Shown here: one piece after another, positions 63,801 through 64,000 of the stretch
Layout of the letters: each line of letters begins with the position of its first letter
How positions within the stretch are numbered: position 1 is the first letter of the stretch
Notes under the pieces: model-generated
Told to the model about the DNA's origin: nothing
Database searches by the model: none
Seen by the model: only the letters and a program-made list of their open reading frames with translations
Made by a program: the position numbers and the translations under genes
Assembly (NCBI GenBank): GCA_000002445.1
Contig: CP000071.1
Coordinates: 2,304,001-2,368,000, forward strand
Origin: Trypanosoma brucei
Lineage: Eukaryota
Reading direction: 5' to 3'
Length of the DNA stretch: 64,000 bases

Positions 63801-64000
63801 TAACAAATCCCCAAGTGGTAACGGTATTACCGTTGCAATCAGATTGGACACCACTTCGACTGCTCGACCAAATTGCGTCTTCGCGGAGTCAGCCTTTCCA
63901 TGCACTTATCGATGCTGGAGCACTAATAACGAACATGGACAATGAGACTGTTGCCCGTTACTTGCTTAGCCGACTGTCAGCTGATCTTTTTGACGGTGTT
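51893..64000 (+). CDS. Giant hypothetical protein, N-terminal >4035 aa, with the 3' end outside the window. A P-loop NTPase signature is present: Walker A GQGKTTV at 61931..61951 and a Walker B-like LIMDEVD at 62420..62440.
   Basis: Frame 2 is open from the stop at 51818-51820 to the window end (~12.1 kb) with the first ATG at 51893. It is absent from the ORF track only because no stop is reached. The opposite-strand and off-frame ORFs in this span are all short. Confidence 0.8.
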   Translation, partial: MRIEVKFARRTIVICLDDGPPPPLLRDLKQELYTQTGVQPAMQKLLGKPKLNNPANDSASLDSLGVGDITKLMLVGSTAKDIVAANSASTAEDRRQEEVHGQMLHNVVRNTWLTCSFSGFMADPYVGGKGPDFEHGTVEAALLLLDVAVTRINTLGVNSMASNGAGDGSTGGPVGLQLLQTIGTEGQSAISHPLLRHLNALERQAIQRAHGVLRRCFHLTVMAKSAVNPPEVVKVVAKVVSIVNGLSVGEWVMLPGGWTGMKSHTVIYLLIQRESAEEFNVVVVNRAADGSEYHPSWQTREKIVACPFLRFDHVAGARLLDRAFWLLLLSLWMRSNAPGPRSEFVRAEVFYDVLLPWLVERPPTRSNRQSSTVSSGSLRSATEMILRSSSNEGVDAAEAEGSGSQTTLPSAVQSYGATVARNCSGSIKGAVTSLLYLLEQYGMKERAVQKSVKYALKYEFMMRAAEDLAALADRFLKSAGNWEGSDTGERQGLTTDKNFECSRVERALNELRSAGVGHTVSPISTKELFRTAHEKNIIFTNDKNIILSQEHFSNKPLLVYCGGLQDPASARFSTLLAEAVDQFRLSSPQVELLFLSCDDTKERYERHIAMFSFARAAYPCDVLVRKLYVTEVPKLLLFGPDGRLLHRRGVDALRADPSATLFPHGGLWNGAMPLTATDVAILKSGAAVLAHHTRKRLAITNSAISERDGFIPVGEARRVLRILSAVCTMVELIPKEPNIAEGFLIQNTTKNDVHNNMIEGVATPQTQKDAALVGQLFTLSDIVEGNNSGGGDSSGCGGSCGRHECGVPMEAVAFLNGSLLPATSTEAYKGQPLRTAVPEVQSLTDLRPVTSWAQLHFTLKRAEAIIDALWLRARHSGTTSRVAIQMHIIEVISWLFLFIIPLPLPRGMDVRSVPEEERSTVAEFYTVDAFPSAPTGDGSGANGGRATDVQGGLQESIYSLMLSFTNAWQAVEVPTRAFDAERGITAMEMLVVYDAVARHTANSASSVNSRLLASMLNCDGGYYLSTSMGGRSLSFAQVSASMELVRPQMLIRRSALLRYITEQQRRCAHELFDLPMTDKLEVRKNSVTVGFLRKLLDNCGYRLAETSGPSMFTAAGGSGGSEMEQLMQWFCSARSPLARDHPEFGQLRDMVLLTKFLVTMEMRDAQLLRRRRQPDGDGGGRGATTWRLTFDADTPGSQMSAGWRTKPMPPHWECMLVRGRDSDIADIVVTGFGGRELLYGEGLVLHSPIDVGVMLGIESATEDDVLHAVASKLPTFGGAMSAEESEVLLSCLTAPYLRLPLVLNFFASQSHHTYLFNAAVQSLFRAALFEPGAFTTQQQQSQLEPELVPMRLNRRQREEIEQRRLIGDLSAVNYEACLGTPYGLLLNELQHSPDAVLVPLHRILVGIEDIGPSSVYSANASYVLFIVGVVCDVLAFCNLARELRDRELSGDGAAPGAVRDVLTSFVTTVLQFLVEIVRPMLLLWCTEGEENDDTPTQCVVHSYMASIHRAAWKYIVPTTSSNSPLSPTALSSSNHLTSLLQSCCFVRARHSFGLGMQRTQVAMQEGDKLLTPREQLLRFLQAQGLDTADISHDALEESQRLMLSGGRRRAVFVQIRSAYHRDTIRVPNLYRSDARNTTESKQLKLPPADVPENVIFGYLLEDHKDVLHFFSSIGAEQMSVVFKLIVHTVLRDHTQGRGSRRMEEKKVRSNNCENAVGTEGNAEVSGGIAPTPTFPRHGTKNEVVPQPVNEDHAELSAVSVVRGGDGHLGESWKQTSPGVYRGPVSTGLVFHAHTCELFWRNDELKPVPDSMSHFSDFKTIIGNDVLQCGLVSRSRNYHWVHIVGTPFDVVEWTPHDPLDQGVGAPLVLSGELPKEPVTSASFDGLMFNRPVDVYDEVPWLNQSERWAVDLLRAVLRYKYSANDMKYFPVAQAESPSAPLHQNNDGKEVRKGKGDGVRVMRFIMNDGPQYTDEDNRATWKEIVAYRLPSPHLHVFNLVPHARRVYRSLVFTSNQRWCLHSLPPITGPRPHDQLHLLAFQAGELDRRVQCEGSIEIHRYNSELGMREMYVPAQLLQGVLPSVLLEVFLFWQDEEDNIRGYSTADAQDYWFNYTLFVRLRSGKGVGAKGGILHNFRGGEWECVVTRRNNTQKYCANARKRPRSRSTAASEVDGKHQKQLSPQWENEEEAGTAAAEQHITDAQVSLMHSSLTFLTATACRTLLQRTKGDIHSAISYALDPANQDDVMLLVSTEQRKESESEGDEEETEQPCISKERRHRGHSGNNAGEELTLLNLTQSARLFPLLHLLTRLEDCSHILLWGRVNSKDGSSRRCQRGREDRRRCEENEEEGIDKCSVADVVLIELPRLCITFYPHVDTATGSLRLHLADHPGWYIAEATDYISGVQNFLPQLQEPFQQYVTLCNSTAGFALMVPNHDFTPMVVSDDPFNKLLLFDRSSLRWKERVASTFYLYTVHPCRSFLVPPSLAASLYYVVLQCATGHYAAAMRTLESCYTDSTFTTEECFMFTLMGRTLDDQHPDAHAVRLKLAHAVLYGPQKPQWPLHTEVAAYLQKKRHVSRACQLTREELIDLMRRCNRSLPIVHAQLQLWAALEKEEEKLRLSNDTDADTNVVPSPETVVRLDTPLMHRCGQPWERLLLYQWTHISSQRPRRITYKVLDEKALEDEELVKFIWKDTLLSDEESGGNSRLGFYFLYSLKQGGTAQPKLAGEDVRVTLCQLLTRWFHLRHSRWGREEQQDGEAESRPSWCGAVLQLMDIHPEAGWPAPPNSRHLLHRMNNGVSVVETREVDESESVVALMDRPSPELVEFYRKVEQVACNLHGNSQVVQQRRGDLLLSIAVTSARRVAHVHMRDHLQPRIVPSNTAMECLQVSFGSLLSAVPNVSRDDGVGKDAEEEHDKLMSAGNPWYRRLTALFGAPLSDMPCSAHLICTEQLTHEDDPGDGRCGDCLPQLPFDLRKLPRCNTPLAKNMLDRLEADVGNFAMKQRQCLSRTLTAFSQERLYAILRSRSTIFATRQVYAEVTCELQRCIDELSALAASDEALVHELTASILHSANDVCRSDCADEDAPGDEEDLLRACDYQLQRIKGDQCPVPLEWLLCSLLSTEMDADLQAVNPFHGGTKLLQAQLLLLTVLTNRCHIAQQAKQAVRQVVLFLELCALLRGMDDGCKYEASATRSFPVSHCGDDMGVMECHDASISWLQELLQLFSIGVDVDMLFKGEGQSTDGNLQLNKGSNTSSHNGLCCRCLPEDLLQVLESRLQHLSNEVIEALTVRRYCTDLSCDGCGDSSTVVTLDPRYLMFEFIHNILLRARQVEMVRWFVQNINAGVSRVQQMIMGQGKTTVVGPLLALILADGQQLVTQVMPTALLEQTSVILRRCFSVVIPKQIYTLKFDRSFDDSDSSQVNLLKQKLTAATRKRGILISAPECVKSVFLKMIEQLHLVESVMTEYIDAEDGKVAACDTADERVAVRKQELMHRTRQRSSMADAIVPILQLWQRGVLIMDEVDVLLHPLRSELNFPIGLKHPIELSGPRWVLPMHLLDAIFFYQRRRTTTADGDAHGAFGDGHVKATAIRLEGHPAGVGEDVQNEILGRICDVIAMGYETRALQREPHLVLLDSLYYNDQLLPALLPWAQLWLYRHFQLEKHACLLGHATGLAASLGWRQFLEITTLFLKLRERPSRDSSIACVINSTFSPLGIQLLCLSHDWLHRIMPHVLSKIDRVGFGLLQERELALLSSEARDRMPLSRRTMAVPFVAKDVPSLSSEFAHPDVVIGLTVLAYRYEGMRFADMRDLLLQLKQDFVRQSGPEDHRPAAKLYTQWLRLSLSCSAETEPTSHGGGILPRVVPSEITTMGTTCVEATNDRSGIPLSQLQVTDEVALHALYLRLRRLPDVIHYYLSSHIFPRTMSFQALKISACGHELGSSMLFTRRIGFSGTPSNLLPLDLGDCFYEPGSDGRVLSVLTNPQVVTVLPLQSDWTPLRLLDQIASSRSQPFHALIDAGALITNMDNETVARYLLSRLSADLFDGV

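Noticed and set aside
1-64000. Prokaryotic-style features such as operons, CRISPR arrays, IS elements or a defence island.
   Set aside because: No repeat-spacer arrays, no terminal inverted repeats with a transposase, and no Shine-Dalgarno-type spacing were seen. Gene structure and content are kinetoplastid. The only repeats are the tandem gene array and simple-sequence tracts.

Overview
This is a eukaryotic window, not a prokaryotic one. Every confident gene lies on the + strand with no strand switch, and coding regions are preceded by polypyrimidine tracts and AG dinucleotides rather than Shine-Dalgarno sites. There are no introns, and long AT-rich low-complexity intergenic regions are present. 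The layout is that of a kinetoplastid polycistronic transcription unit.

The gene content is most consistent with the Trypanosoma brucei group. Positions 1..~33.1 kb hold a head-to-tail tandem array of seven receptor-type adenylate cyclase genes of the ESAG4/GRESAG4 family. Each copy encodes a signal peptide, a large periplasmic-binding-protein-like ectodomain, one transmembrane helix and a class III cyclase catalytic domain. The array is followed by a vacuolar H+-pyrophosphatase gene. From memory, not verifiable here, TbVP1 lies next to a GRESAG4 cluster on T. brucei chromosome 4.

The cyclase repeat unit is about 4.97 kb. Each unit has four parts: a ~266-bp orphan fragment of the cyclase 3' tail (called F here), a polypyrimidine/AG tract, the ~3.8 kb CDS, and a ~750-bp 3' flank (called A here). 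The array preserves both reciprocal products of unequal crossing-over between the intragenic tail region (T) and the upstream F fragment. The duplication product is at 3207..5225. The deletion product is fused onto a frameshifted copy at 15586..19139. The N-terminal ectodomain carries a hypervariable patch that is mosaic between copies, which indicates segmental gene conversion. The last copy, 29202..32954, is a divergent edge paralog.

Downstream of the array on the + strand are five further genes:
- a 1747-aa low-complexity protein with a C-terminal leucine-rich repeat (34138..39381);
- two acidic or low-complexity hypothetical proteins (40967..42307 and 43985..45469);
- a K+-dependent-type vacuolar H+-pyrophosphatase (47748..50228);
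- a giant ORF that starts at 51893 and runs off the window end (more than 4035 aa), with a single recognisable P-loop NTPase signature near 61.9-62.4 kb.

The ORF-track start codons include TTG and GTG read as M. I re-anchored CDS starts to the first in-frame ATG. No rRNA, tRNA, CRISPR or transposon signatures were found.
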